A DNA stretch of 64,000 nucleotides from Thermoanaerobaculia bacterium (GTDB lineage Bacteria > Acidobacteriota > Thermoanaerobaculia > UBA5066). The notes below the pieces were generated by a model. That model was not told the origin of the DNA. It did no database searches and saw only the letters and a list, made by a program, of their open reading frames with translations. Where the stretch lies: NCBI GenBank assembly GCA_038245905.1, contig JBBRRY010000020.1, forward strand, positions 9,006 to 73,005, in the 5' to 3' direction. The position numbers and the translations under genes were made by a program. Below are positions 40,271-50,300 of this stretch, in pieces; positions within the stretch are counted from its first letter, which is position 1, and the number at the start of each line of letters is the position of its first letter.

Positions 40271-43200
40271 TCAGTATTCGGCGCTGGGAAACATCCGGAG
40301 GACGCTGCCATCCGACGTTTTCGCGTCGTTCAGGACGCCGTACGCGAGCCACGTGTCGTCGCCCGCGAGGCGCGTGATGACCGCGTACGCCGCCGTCGTT
40401 CCCGCCGGAACGCCCGCCGTGTCGAAGACACCGGACCACTGCGTCCAGTCGCCCGGCTGCAGCGTGACCGTGATCGGACTTCCCACGGCCTGAGAGGTGG
40501 CCGCGTCGTAAAGGCGCACGGACAGGGAAAGCGCGATTTCCGAACCGCCTCCGAGGTGGACGACGGCGAGGTTCGAGCGCAGGGAGGCATCACGCGTGAG
40601 GCCCGGCACGAGAGCCGACGCGCGCGCGCCACCCCCCTTCGCGGCGGCGGGGTACGCGACACCGAACGAGCCGCCCGTCGCCGTATCGGTGTTGGGCGTC
40701 GTCGTGCGCGCGATCGCGACCGTCTTCGGCGAGTCGATCGTGCCGAGGTTTCGGAAGTCCACCGAGAGGGACCCGGCCTGCGCGCCCGAAGACGCGTCCG
40801 GGATGTTGACGCCCTTCGACCTGAGATACGCGAGGATGTTTGGAATCGTCGTCTGCTGATGCGCGGCGAGCGGCAGCGTGACCACCGCGACGCCGCTCGA
40901 AGATCCGAATCCTGGCGCGGGCCGGTAGACGAGGTCCGCTGGTGTTGCGAAGTTGCCGTCGTTCGCGAGAGTCAGCTCGGTCGTGTAATGGGAGCCCGCC
41001 GCACCGAGCACGTCGAGGACGACCGGGACGACGAGTTTGCGAGCGGCCGCGAGGCCGCCCGGCCTGTAGAGCGGCAGGATCGAACCGTCCGACGTGACGG
41101 CATCGTTCACGACGCCGTAGGCCGTCCACGATCCGATCCCCCCGGTCCGGGTGATCTTTGCGTAGCCGTACGCATCGTCGGGGAGACCCGCGCGGGCGAG
41201 AATCGCGTTGAACTGCCGCCACTCGCCGGGACCGAGGGTCGTCGTGATCGGGGCTCCCGCAACCGCGCCGCTTTGGTCGTAAACCTGGATCGAGAGAGAG
41301 AGCGCCTGAGCGCCGCGGCCCGGGATGTGTCCCACGGCAAGATTCGAGCGTGACGTGCCGGAGATGCTTCGAAGCCCGTAGACCGCGCCTTCGGATTCGG
41401 CGGCGTCGAGGTCGGACGGCGCATCGAGGAACGTGCCGAAGCTGCCGGTGGCGCCGGCGGTGTAGGCGCGGGAAAACGCGTAGACGGAGTCCGTCGCGTC
41501 CGAGGGAAGCGTCTGCGGGTCGCCTGCGATGGAGATCGAGCCCGCGGTGCCCGAGGGGCTGGGCGTGATCGCAAGGCCGCGATCGCGGAAGAACTGGAGC
41601 GCGTCCGGCGCACGCAGCTCCGAGAGCGGCGCGAGGGTGACGGAGACCGAGCCGTCGCTGGACGCGAGGGGAAAGTCCGGGGCGTGGATGAATCCGACAT
41701 GGACCGTCACGGGCGCGGTCGAGCGGTTTCCGAGCGTGAGGTCGGAGCGGAAGCGCGCGCCGGTGGCGCCCGTCAAGTCGAGGACCACAGGAATGTACTT
41801 CGAGGACGCGGTCGTCGACGCGAGAAAGAGCCCATGACCCGCTGTGCCCGCGTACAGGTTACCGGCGTCGCCGCTCCGGCGCACCACGCGTACGTCCGCG
41901 CCCGCCGGGAGCCCCGCGTTCTCCGGCTGCCAGCCGCCGCCGATCCTTCGGAGGACTCCCGCTTTGCCCGCGCCCGCGACGGCGAACCGGCCATCGGCCG
42001 CGAACGACGAGACGAACTCGGTGCTCGCACCGAAGTCGTCCTCGCGCCACGAGCCCGCGGACGAGGAGATCCCGCCGGAGACGGACGCCGCGAAAAGCAC
42101 GCTCGCGTCACCGCCGAGCGCCTGGACGAACGAGGGTGCGCCGAGGACCGCCTGCCAGGCGCTCTGCTGACGGACGAAAAGACTCGATCCCACGGAGGCG
42201 TAGAGCTTCCCCCCCACGTCTCGAGCCGTCAGCACGCTTCCGTTCGTGGGCAGGCCCGCGTTGTCGGACGACCACGTGCTTGCCACGAGCCGCCACATTC
42301 CCGCGTTCTGCGTGCCGCCGGCGACCGTGCCGTCGGAAACCGCCGCGAGCGAGCTGATGGCGACGCCCGTAGGCAATCCGTCCTCCAGGACCGAGATCGG
42401 ATTGAAGATGCTCGGTCCGAGCGCCCAGGTGTAAAGGTGACAATTCGTCGCGGCAAAAACCCTCAGAGAGTTCACCGCCATCGAGCTCACGTCTCCGCAG
42501 CCTTCTGGCGCGAAATTGGCTCCGGGGACCACGGCAATGCCAGCCCCGTGAGCGGCGACGAACGTCTCGCCGATGATGGTCTTCACTTCGGTGATCGACG
42601 CCGCGTAAAGCCCTGTTCCCGCCGCGCTCCACGAGATTCCGGAAAGCCGGTAGATGGGCGCGCCGGCCGTGCCGACGTAGAGATCGCCTCCCAGCGTTCC
42701 GAAGCTCTTCGCCGACGCGACGAGGAGGCCCGAGTTCGTGGCCTGCCAGCTTCCGACGCCGGAGAGAACTCCCGCGTCGGCGGTCGCCACGCGCACGATG
42801 CCGCCCGCATCCGTGATGGCGCGCACGTCGTGCGAGCCGAAGCCCGGGACCGCGGCCCATGCGCCCGAGAACGTGTAGAGAGTCGGGCTCGGCGTCTTGT
42901 CGGTGCCGGCGTAGAGGACGCCGTTCGCGACCGCCAGCGCCTGAACCGTGGACGTGACCGGGAGCCCGGTCGAGATCGGGGTGACCGTGGAGCCCGCATA
43001 GCGCGCCGCGCCCCCGCGCAATCCCACGACGAGATCAGCGGAGTAAACGCACGCCGCCGTTACGCCGCCGCCGGGGTTCGTCAGCGCCGTCCAGGTTCCG
43101 GAGGAGCGCCTGGCGACTCCGACTCCGGCCGCCCACACCACCGTCCCGTCCGTGGCGAGAACCGAGGGGAACGTCAGGGCCGCGGGGAGCGTTTCAGCCG

Positions 43201-43525
43201 TCCACGTTCCGTCGACCCCACGCTTCCAGACCTTTTCGCCATCCGCCGCGTAGACGGCGTCGGCGACGACGATCGACGCGATCGTCCGCGCCGACAGGCC
43301 GTCGAGCGTCCACGCGCCGGCCTCGAGCCGCCAGACGCCGCGAGGCGTCGCCGCCCAGAGGGTCGCACCGCTTCCGGCCAGCGCGGTCGCGTTCGCGCCC
43401 GGGAGCGTTTCGACGGGAGAGAAGATGAGGCCCGCCTGCAGTGGCGCGGCTGCGAGAAGTGCCGTGAGCAGCGTCACGGGAAGGACGTGGGAGAGCCAAC
43501 CGGCGGCATCGATTCGTCGTCTCAT
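40271..43525 (-). CDS. Large secreted beta-propeller protein with two C-terminal modules
   Basis: Signal peptide (APLQA); LYAGT/GL repeats; two modules ending YGV(V/L)ND...SDG. Confidence 0.8.
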   Translation of the reverse strand: MRRRIDAAGWLSHVLPVTLLTALLAAAPLQAGLIFSPVETLPGANATALAGSGATLWAATPRGVWRLEAGAWTLDGLSARTIASIVVADAVYAADGEKVWKRGVDGTWTAETLPAALTFPSVLATDGTVVWAAGVGVARRSSGTWTALTNPGGGVTAACVYSADLVVGLRGGAARYAGSTVTPISTGLPVTSTVQALAVANGVLYAGTDKTPSPTLYTFSGAWAAVPGFGSHDVRAITDAGGIVRVATADAGVLSGVGSWQATNSGLLVASAKSFGTLGGDLYVGTAGAPIYRLSGISWSAAGTGLYAASITEVKTIIGETFVAAHGAGIAVVPGANFAPEGCGDVSSMAVNSLRVFAATNCHLYTWALGPSIFNPISVLEDGLPTGVAISSLAAVSDGTVAGGTQNAGMWRLVASTWSSDNAGLPTNGSVLTARDVGGKLYASVGSSLFVRQQSAWQAVLGAPSFVQALGGDASVLFAASVSGGISSSAGSWREDDFGASTEFVSSFAADGRFAVAGAGKAGVLRRIGGGWQPENAGLPAGADVRVVRRSGDAGNLYAGTAGHGLFLASTTASSKYIPVVLDLTGATGARFRSDLTLGNRSTAPVTVHVGFIHAPDFPLASSDGSVSVTLAPLSELRAPDALQFFRDRGLAITPSPSGTAGSISIAGDPQTLPSDATDSVYAFSRAYTAGATGSFGTFLDAPSDLDAAESEGAVYGLRSISGTSRSNLAVGHIPGRGAQALSLSIQVYDQSGAVAGAPITTTLGPGEWRQFNAILARAGLPDDAYGYAKITRTGGIGSWTAYGVVNDAVTSDGSILPLYRPGGLAAARKLVVPVVLDVLGAAGSHYTTELTLANDGNFATPADLVYRPAPGFGSSSGVAVVTLPLAAHQQTTIPNILAYLRSKGVNIPDASSGAQAGSLSVDFRNLGTIDSPKTVAIARTTTPNTDTATGGSFGVAYPAAAKGGGARASALVPGLTRDASLRSNLAVVHLGGGSEIALSLSVRLYDAATSQAVGSPITVTLQPGDWTQWSGVFDTAGVPAGTTAAYAVITRLAGDDTWLAYGVLNDAKTSDGSVLRMFPSAEY

Positions 43526-43568
43526 GGGCGTGCCTTTCGCTCCCGCGGCGCCGGGATCCAAGTGTACA

Positions 43569-43584
43569 TGGCACGGTCTGTGCG
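43569..43584 (+). promoter_or_regulatory. Sigma-54 (-24/-12) promoter
   Basis: TGGCACGGTCTGTGCG (GG-N10-GC), about 40 nt upstream of ATG 43625. Confidence 0.6.
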
Positions 43585-43624
43585 AAGTTCATGCCGGTCG
43601 ACGGTGGTCTATAAGGAGACGAGA

Positions 43625-43948
43625 ATGAATCCAAAGTACTTCCCTGGGATGAAACTGGCGGCGGCCGCCCTCTTCACGGGGTCGATTCTGACGGCATGTG
43701 TCACGGCCCCTCCGCGCGGCACCGTCTACGTTCGGACGCGGCCGCCTGTGGCCATCGTCGAGGTGCGCGGAAGCGCGCCAGACGCGAATCACGTATGGAT
43801 CCCGGGCTATCACGCGTGGCGCGGGAGCGAGTACGTATGGGTCCCGGGCCGCTGGGACCGCGGTCCTCATTCGCGGGCGACGTGGGTGAATGGCCAGTGG
43901 AAGCAGCACCGCGACGGCTGGTACTGGGTCGACGGCCACTGGAAGTAA
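43625..43948 (+). CDS. YXWGXW-repeat lipoprotein
   Basis: TAAGGAG RBS; lipobox LTAC; repeats HVWIPGYH, YVWVPGRW, TWVNGQW and YWVDGHW. Confidence 0.88.
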   Translation: MNPKYFPGMKLAAAALFTGSILTACVTAPPRGTVYVRTRPPVAIVEVRGSAPDANHVWIPGYHAWRGSEYVWVPGRWDRGPHSRATWVNGQWKQHRDGWYWVDGHWK

Positions 43949-44021
43949 TCTCCCGGTATTCTCTTCAATCCCGAGGCCTTTTTTACCGGCCGGGAGTCCC
44001 TAGACCAGGATTCCACGGCGG

Positions 44022-45044
44022 TCACCTCTTCCCGAAGAGCCGGCTGGCCGCGGCCCGCGCGCGGGCCTCGAGGACGCGGGCGCGCGGCAGGACGGGCGGA
44101 ACGTGCAGGGCTCTGCGGGTCAACCCTTCGAGGGTTGCGAGGCGGGTGAGGGCGCGATCGGATCTCTCGAAAGACGCGACGAGAGGCGCGAGCGCCTTCC
44201 GGTCGCGGATCGTCGCGAGCGCCGCGCGGAGCTCCTCGGGAGTCGCGCTTCCGGAGAGGTGCGCGTCGCTGTCCGGGGCCGTGAAGGGCAGAGGACCACG
44301 CGCCACCGCATACGCTGCGCCGAAGACGACGCGAAAGAGCGCACCGAGAAGGATGTTCTCGTACGCGCCTGCGGCAAAGTCGGGCTCTTCCACGAGGAGC
44401 GTATCGAAGCGCGGGCCAAGGACGGCGCCATACACCTCGCGCGCGGTCCGGATCGCGGTGGCGCCGCTGAAATCCACAAGGCGTGCCGCCGTTGCCGCGA
44501 GAGGGACATCGACGATTCTCTTGCCGCGCGCGCGCAGCGCGAGCGCGGCGCGGTCTCCCGCCTGGCGCTTCGTCGAACGCGGCCAGCGTTCGAGCCCCTC
44601 GAACGCTGGTGCGAGCACGGGTGCCTGAAGCGCCCGGTAGGCGGCGCGACGCGCCATGAGGGCGAACACACCTGGCAAGGTCCCGCGCCGGAGGAGCGAA
44701 ACTCCCGCCACCGTAGCATCCTCGAAATGTCCGAGGAGCGAGGCGACCCACTCGCCATCGAGCACGAAAACGTCCGCGTCGAGAAGAAAAAGGATGTCGC
44801 CAGGCCGCTCGAGCGCCTTCTCGCGGAATTCGACGACGTCGAGGGCTTCGAAAGAGCGCGTGAGAAGCGTAGCCCCGGGAAAATGTCTCTGCTCGAAGCC
44901 CTCGGGCGTCGCGTCGCGGAACAGAAGGACCTCGACTTTCGCGCCGGTTCGGCGCAGCGCGGGCAGAAGGTCGCGCCCCAAGAGCCGGAACCAGAGCCGC
45001 GCGTGGTCCGGGAACCGGTGCGCGGAGGCAATGACGACCTTCAC
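44022..45044 (-). CDS. Putative GT-A-fold glycosyltransferase-like protein
   Basis: VKVVIASAH first strand and LFLLDADVFV DxD motif; GTGA coupling to the upstream gene. Confidence 0.55.
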   Translation of the reverse strand: MKVVIASAHRFPDHARLWFRLLGRDLLPALRRTGAKVEVLLFRDATPEGFEQRHFPGATLLTRSFEALDVVEFREKALERPGDILFLLDADVFVLDGEWVASLLGHFEDATVAGVSLLRRGTLPGVFALMARRAAYRALQAPVLAPAFEGLERWPRSTKRQAGDRAALALRARGKRIVDVPLAATAARLVDFSGATAIRTAREVYGAVLGPRFDTLLVEEPDFAAGAYENILLGALFRVVFGAAYAVARGPLPFTAPDSDAHLSGSATPEELRAALATIRDRKALAPLVASFERSDRALTRLATLEGLTRRALHVPPVLPRARVLEARARAAASRLFGKR

Positions 45045-45322
45045 GGATGCACGGTGCGGGGGTGGTATCGCCCGTCCGGCCCGAAGCCGTTTTCCCAGTC
45101 GCCGATGCTCCATGTGCCGCCCATCCATACGCCGCCCCAGAACACGCCGCCACGGAACGTTCCGGAACGGAAGAGCCCGCCCACCATGACACCGGACTCG
45201 AAAATCCCGCCTTCCCAGGTGCATTCGAAAAGGACGGCGCCGCGATTCACAGTGTGAGGGCCGAATGTCTCGTGGCGGCGGAGCTCGCCCTCGGCGAGGA
45301 CGAGAACGGGCGCATCGATCAT
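45041..45322 (-). CDS. Small protein with nine x-[WFM]-x-x-G pentapeptide repeats
   Basis: TWEGG IFESG VMVGG LFRSG TFRGG VFWGG VWMGG TWSIG DWENG; tightly packed within the operon. Confidence 0.7.
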   Translation of the reverse strand: MIDAPVLVLAEGELRRHETFGPHTVNRGAVLFECTWEGGIFESGVMVGGLFRSGTFRGGVFWGGVWMGGTWSIGDWENGFGPDGRYHPRTVHP

Positions 45323-45323
45323 C

Positions 45324-46412
45324 TCACTCGATGATACGGCGGAGATCCTTCACGAGACGGAAGGCGAGGAGCGCGGCAGCGGCGAGCGGGGTGGCCACCC
45401 GCTTTGGAACGCCGCCGACGCTGAGGGCGAGGGATGGAACGCCCGCCGCCTCGAAGAGCCCTGCGTGCCGTTCGTCGGCGAGGACGGGCTGCCCGCCGAC
45501 GAGCACGAGGGCCACGTCGCGAGGCAGCGCCTCGAGGAGCGGCGCGGAGAGCGCGACGACGTCCGCGGGAGCCCCCGCGTCGAGTGACGGCCGGGGCAGA
45601 CCCAGCCGGCGCGCCGCGGTGACCGTGACGGCCGAGGAGAGCCGCGCGTCGGGCATGAAGCCGAGGGCGCGCGCCGCGCGGATCTCATGGAGGAGCGTGC
45701 CCGCGCCGCTCACGAGGGCGTCGGTCCCGAGGAGGACGTCGAGGTCCGCTTCGAAAAGGGCGCGCGGGGCCGTTGCGCCGTACAGGAAGAAGTTCGAAGT
45801 GGGGCACCAGACGGCGGCGCAGCCGGCTGCCGCGAGCCGGGCGATTCCCGAAGGCTCCGCGGCCACGAGATGCACGGCGAGGAGGCGCGGAGAGAGAAGC
45901 CCGCGAAGGAAGGCCTCGTCGATCTCCTCGGCGGAAGTGGAGGAGGTCCCCTCGGCGAGGTGCATTGCAAAAGGCCCGGCCGCGGGCGGCGCTTTGGCAT
46001 CGCGGAGGTCGTGGAGCCCGTCGAGGGTGTGAACTCTCACGACGTTCACGGGAAAGCCGGCCTCGAAGTCTGGCTCCCAGCGGTCGTGGTGGACGACCGA
46101 GGTGACGCCTCCGAGGATGTTCTTGAACGCGCCGAACAGGAGGGCGTCGCGCTTGGGCAGCATATGGCGCCGCGCGAGATCGTCGGCGAAGCGTGCATGA
46201 AGGTCGGCGCCCCAGACGGCGGCGCTCGTGTAGGGCGGCTCGCCGATCCTGGGGAGGTGATTCCGGTGAAGATGGTCGTGGGCGTTCACGAGGCCCGGCA
46301 TCAGGGTGGTCTCCCCGAGGTCGAGCGTGAAGGCCGCCACGCCCTCCGGCGTCGAGAGCCTCCCGCCCTCGACGTCGCGCGTCGCGTTTCCCGCCTCGAG
46401 GCGGAACCTCAT
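45324..46412 (-). CDS. Amidohydrolase family protein
   Basis: MPGLVNAHDHL, HLAEG, AVH, WCPTSN and LGTD motifs; true start is ATG 46412. Confidence 0.88.
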   Translation of the reverse strand: MRFRLEAGNATRDVEGGRLSTPEGVAAFTLDLGETTLMPGLVNAHDHLHRNHLPRIGEPPYTSAAVWGADLHARFADDLARRHMLPKRDALLFGAFKNILGGVTSVVHHDRWEPDFEAGFPVNVVRVHTLDGLHDLRDAKAPPAAGPFAMHLAEGTSSTSAEEIDEAFLRGLLSPRLLAVHLVAAEPSGIARLAAAGCAAVWCPTSNFFLYGATAPRALFEADLDVLLGTDALVSGAGTLLHEIRAARALGFMPDARLSSAVTVTAARRLGLPRPSLDAGAPADVVALSAPLLEALPRDVALVLVGGQPVLADERHAGLFEAAGVPSLALSVGGVPKRVATPLAAAALLAFRLVKDLRRIIE

Positions 46413-47167
46413 TTCGAGAAGCGCAGGGCGAGGAGCAGAGGGAGGCCGAGGTCCGCCGCGTACCGGTCGAGCTTCTTCGCGCGCTCGTAGAAGGGCCGAA
46501 CCTCGGAACCAACGCCGAGCGAGCCCGAGGCGTCGAAGGTGAAGCCCGCCTCGCGCGCGGCGGCCTCGTGGGCCGGGCCGTCGTGCACGACGTGCTCGAC
46601 GACGTGCGCCGCGCCTGAGACGTCGCGAAACGCGCGCGCGTGGCCCCGCCGGATGGCCTCCGGATGAAAATCGGTGACGACGGCGTATCCGCCTTTGCGG
46701 AGAACGCGCGCGAATTCCCGGTAGAGCGGGGCGATCCGGAGGAGATGGCCGGCCGCGAGCCGGCACCACACGACGTCGAAGGCTCCCGCTCCGAAAGGCA
46801 GCGCGCGGAGGTCCCCGCTGGCCGTCGTGCGAGGCCGGGCGGGATCGCGGCGGCCTGCGGCCAACATCTCGAAGACGAGATCCACGCCGCAGGAGATCCG
46901 CGGCCCGTGCCGCTCCGGGAAAACGAGCCGGCGGGCCGTGCCGCAGGCCGCGTCGAGCAGGTCTTTCCCCTCGATGTCGTGCGAGAAAAGGTGCACGGCG
47001 AGCGAGTCCATCGTCGTGAGCGGGTTCTCGACGTCGTACGTCGCGGCCCACAGGCGATAGGCGGGACGCGTCCCGAGGGGCGGCTCGGCGCTCACGCGGG
47101 CGAGTATAGCGACGAGGCCGCCCGTCGCCGACGCGCGCGCGACCTCCGAGAGCGTCCTCGGCCGCAC
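46409..47167 (-). CDS. Class I SAM-dependent methyltransferase (BioC-like)
   Basis: AYRLWAATYD, LLDAACGT, LPF..GAFDVV and TDFHP motifs. Confidence 0.88.
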   Translation of the reverse strand: MRPRTLSEVARASATGGLVAILARVSAEPPLGTRPAYRLWAATYDVENPLTTMDSLAVHLFSHDIEGKDLLDAACGTARRLVFPERHGPRISCGVDLVFEMLAAGRRDPARPRTTASGDLRALPFGAGAFDVVWCRLAAGHLLRIAPLYREFARVLRKGGYAVVTDFHPEAIRRGHARAFRDVSGAAHVVEHVVHDGPAHEAAAREAGFTFDASGSLGVGSEVRPFYERAKKLDRYAADLGLPLLLALRFSK

Positions 47168-47182
47168 TTTGACACGGCCCTG

Positions 47183-47208
47183 TGTAACCTATTCGCGTTT
47201 CAAACGTC
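47183..47208 (+). promoter_or_regulatory. ECF-type promoter
   Basis: TGTAAC-N16-CGTC upstream of the large secreted protein gene. Confidence 0.55.
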
Positions 47209-47321
47209 TTGTGCTGAATGATCCGTTCGTCATCCGGCGAGGGCCGCGGAATATGGCCCCGGAGTTGCTCGCCCATTCCCAATCGGCCCGTGAGGGGTCA
47301 AAACGGCTTGGAGGATCTCCC

Positions 47322-50300
47322 GTGGTCAAGTCCCCAGCGACGTTCGTGAGTCGAATCGTCCCGCTCGTCGCGTTTCTCGTCTTGTCCGCTCCCGCGGGCG
47401 CGGGCGAAATCCGCGGCCGCATCCTCGTCTCCGACCGCGCCGACAGGCCCGCCCCGGGTGTCACGATCTCCACGGTTCCCTGGGAGACGCCCGGAGACGA
47501 GGCCCGGCGCGAGATGAAGGGGGGCGAGCCGCCGAAGCCCGTCGCCTCGGCGACGAGCGGAGCGGACGGGTCCTTCGTTCTCACGATACCGCCGGCCGAG
47601 GCGGGCCAGGAGAAGTTGTTCCGGGTTCGGGCCGAGGGGGCGGGCATCGTGCCGGTGCTCTTCGAGGGCGTCTACGACGCCTCGGAGATCGAGGATCTCG
47701 GGGAACATACGCTGCCGCGCGGGGAGAGGCTTTCGGGAATCGCGGTCGACGCCTCGGGCAAGGCGATTGCGGGCGCGGCGGTCTCGCTCGAGCCGGGCGT
47801 CGCCGGCGGCGACGACCTCGCGTATCGCGTCGTGACGCGCAAGGCCGTCACTGGCGAGGACGGAAAGTTCCAGTTCGACGAGGCGAGCGCCACGGGGAAC
47901 CGCGTCACGATCGAGAAGGCCGGGTTGGCGCCGGCCCGGGAGACGGGCCTCCGGGCGGGCGCGGTTCCGCGTCCGATCACGGTCAAGGCGGGCGATCCGG
48001 TGACGGGCGTCGTCCTGGGCGCTAGCCGGAAACCCGCCGCGGGCGCCCTCGTGAGGCTCGAGAGCTCCCGCGCGACGACGCGCTGGGTCGAGACGGACGC
48101 CGAGGGACGGTTCACGATCCCGCACGCGCCGGACGGACGCGGCGCGATCGTCGTCGACGCCGGAGAAGCCGGGTGGGGAAGCCAGCCGGACGTCAGGCTG
48201 CCCCTCGGCGAGGGCAAGTCGATCACGATTGCGCTCGCGCGGCCCGCGGCGCTCGACGGCAAGGTCGTCGACGACAAGACGGGTCGCGTCGTGCCGCGCG
48301 CGAAGGTCTTCGTCAAGGCGAACGGATTCGCGCGCCTCGCGCGCACGGGGCCGGACGGCCTCTACCACCTGAAGGGCGTTCCGCCGCAGACGTACCGGCT
48401 CTCGGTCGACGAGGCGCGCTACGTGCCCTGGGTGAAGCCGGATCTCGCTCTCGCGCCCGGTGAGACGAGGCGACTCGACGTCGCGGTCACGCTGGGAGCG
48501 ACGATGACCGGCAAGGCCGTCGACGAAAACGGCGCTCCGGTGGGCGCGGCCCGGGGCACTCTCACCCGCGGGGGCGAGAACGCGATCGCGGGCATCCGCC
48601 GGATGCTGCGCGTCGGCGGAGAGACGACGGCGTTTCGGACGCGCGCGGACGGCACGTTCAAGGCGACGCGCCTGGCGCCGGGAGACAACCAACGCCTCTT
48701 CGTGAGCCACGCCGACTTCGAGCGCGCGACGGTGGCCGGACTCTCGCTGCCGTCGGGCGGGACGAAGGGCGATGTGACGATCGTGATGCGGCGCGGCGCC
48801 ACGATCTCGGGCGTCGTGAGGGACGCGAGCGATCAGCCAATCGCGGACGTCGAGGTGCAGGTCGACCCGTCCGTGAACTTCCGCGGAGGCGCCGGAGGCA
48901 TGGTCGCGAATTTCGCGCGCATCGGCGGCGCGAGCGTGCGTCCGAAGACGAAGACGGCGGCCGACGGCACGTTCCACGTCACGGGCATGTCCGTGGGCGA
49001 GTACGCGCTTCAGATCCGGAAGCCCGGCTTCGCGAACGAGCGGGTCGACCCCGTCAAGGTGACGGAGAAGGGCGCGGAACCCGTTGTCGTGACGCTCGGC
49101 CCCGAGGCCTCGATCGCCGGCATCGTCCGCAAGAAGAACGGCGAGGGCGCCGAGGGATACATCGTGCGCGTCGGGACCGGGGGCCGGGGCGCGGGCGGCG
49201 GCGGGAGCCCCTTCGCCGGGACGGGCACCGACCTCGCGACGGGTCCCGACGGCCTCTTCGTCATCGACGGATTGAAGCCGGGTCAGGTCTACGACCTGTC
49301 CGTCTTCGGCGGCGTCGGCCTCGGCCCGCAGAAGCGCGGTGTCGTGGCGCCGGCCGCGAACGTCGACCTCCTCGTGGCTGGCACCGGCCGTATCACGGGA
49401 ACGGCGCTGGACGCGCGGAGCGGGCAGCCGCTGAAGAGCTTCTCGGTCTCTTACGAGCCCGATCGCGGCGGCGGGGGCGGCATCATCCGGATGGTCGCAC
49501 GCGGCGCGGGCGTTCAGACGGGCATCGGCCAGAAACGCGAGTTCAATACCGAAGACGGCTCGTTTGCGCTCGAGGACGTGCCCGCAGGAACTTGGACGGT
49601 CGTCGTCGAGGCCAAGGGATATCAGCAGGCGCGCGTCGCGAACCTCGTCGTCGAGGAGAACGGCTCGAAGGACCAGGTCGAGGTGAAGGCGACGCCGGGC
49701 GTCGTTCTCAAGGGCCGTGTCACGGACGCCCGCAACGGGCGTCCGGTCGCGAACGCGAGCATCACGCATGAGGCGGCGGGGAGCGGGAGCCCCGGCGGTT
49801 TCGGCGGCGTCGGCGGCCGGGGCGGTCCTTTGGCCGGATTGGACGGCTCGGGCGACCTCACCACGGACGCGGAGGGGAACTTCGAAATCGAGGGCATCGG
49901 CGTCGGGCGCCTGAAAATCACCGCGAAGAATCCCGACTACACGGACGGCAGCGAGGTCGCGGACGTCAAGGAGACGGGCGGCACCGTCGAGATCAAGCTC
50001 GCCTCGGGCGGTTCCGCGAGCGGCGTCGTCGTGGCCGGGAATCAGCCCCTCCCGAACGCGGAGGTTTCGATCTCGGCCGCCGGCGAGACGGGATTCGGCC
50101 GCATTCTCGGGGGCGGCCAGACGACCACTTCCGACGCGACGGGACGCTTCCACTTCGATCACCTCGGGGCGGGCCGCTACTCGGTGTCGGCCGGAATGAA
50201 CGGCAAGTCGAGCAACCTCGCGGAGTTCGTCCTACAGACCGGCGACTCGAAGAGCGATCTCGTGCTCTCGCTCTCTTCGGGCTCGACGATCCAGGGCACG

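Noticed and set aside
47298-50162. Long antisense or alternative-frame ORFs (e.g. 47298-50162, 51617-53398, 61812-63947, most of 41684-43948)
   Set aside because: Shadow ORFs of real genes, expected at high GC; Arg/Pro/Ala-rich with no motifs.
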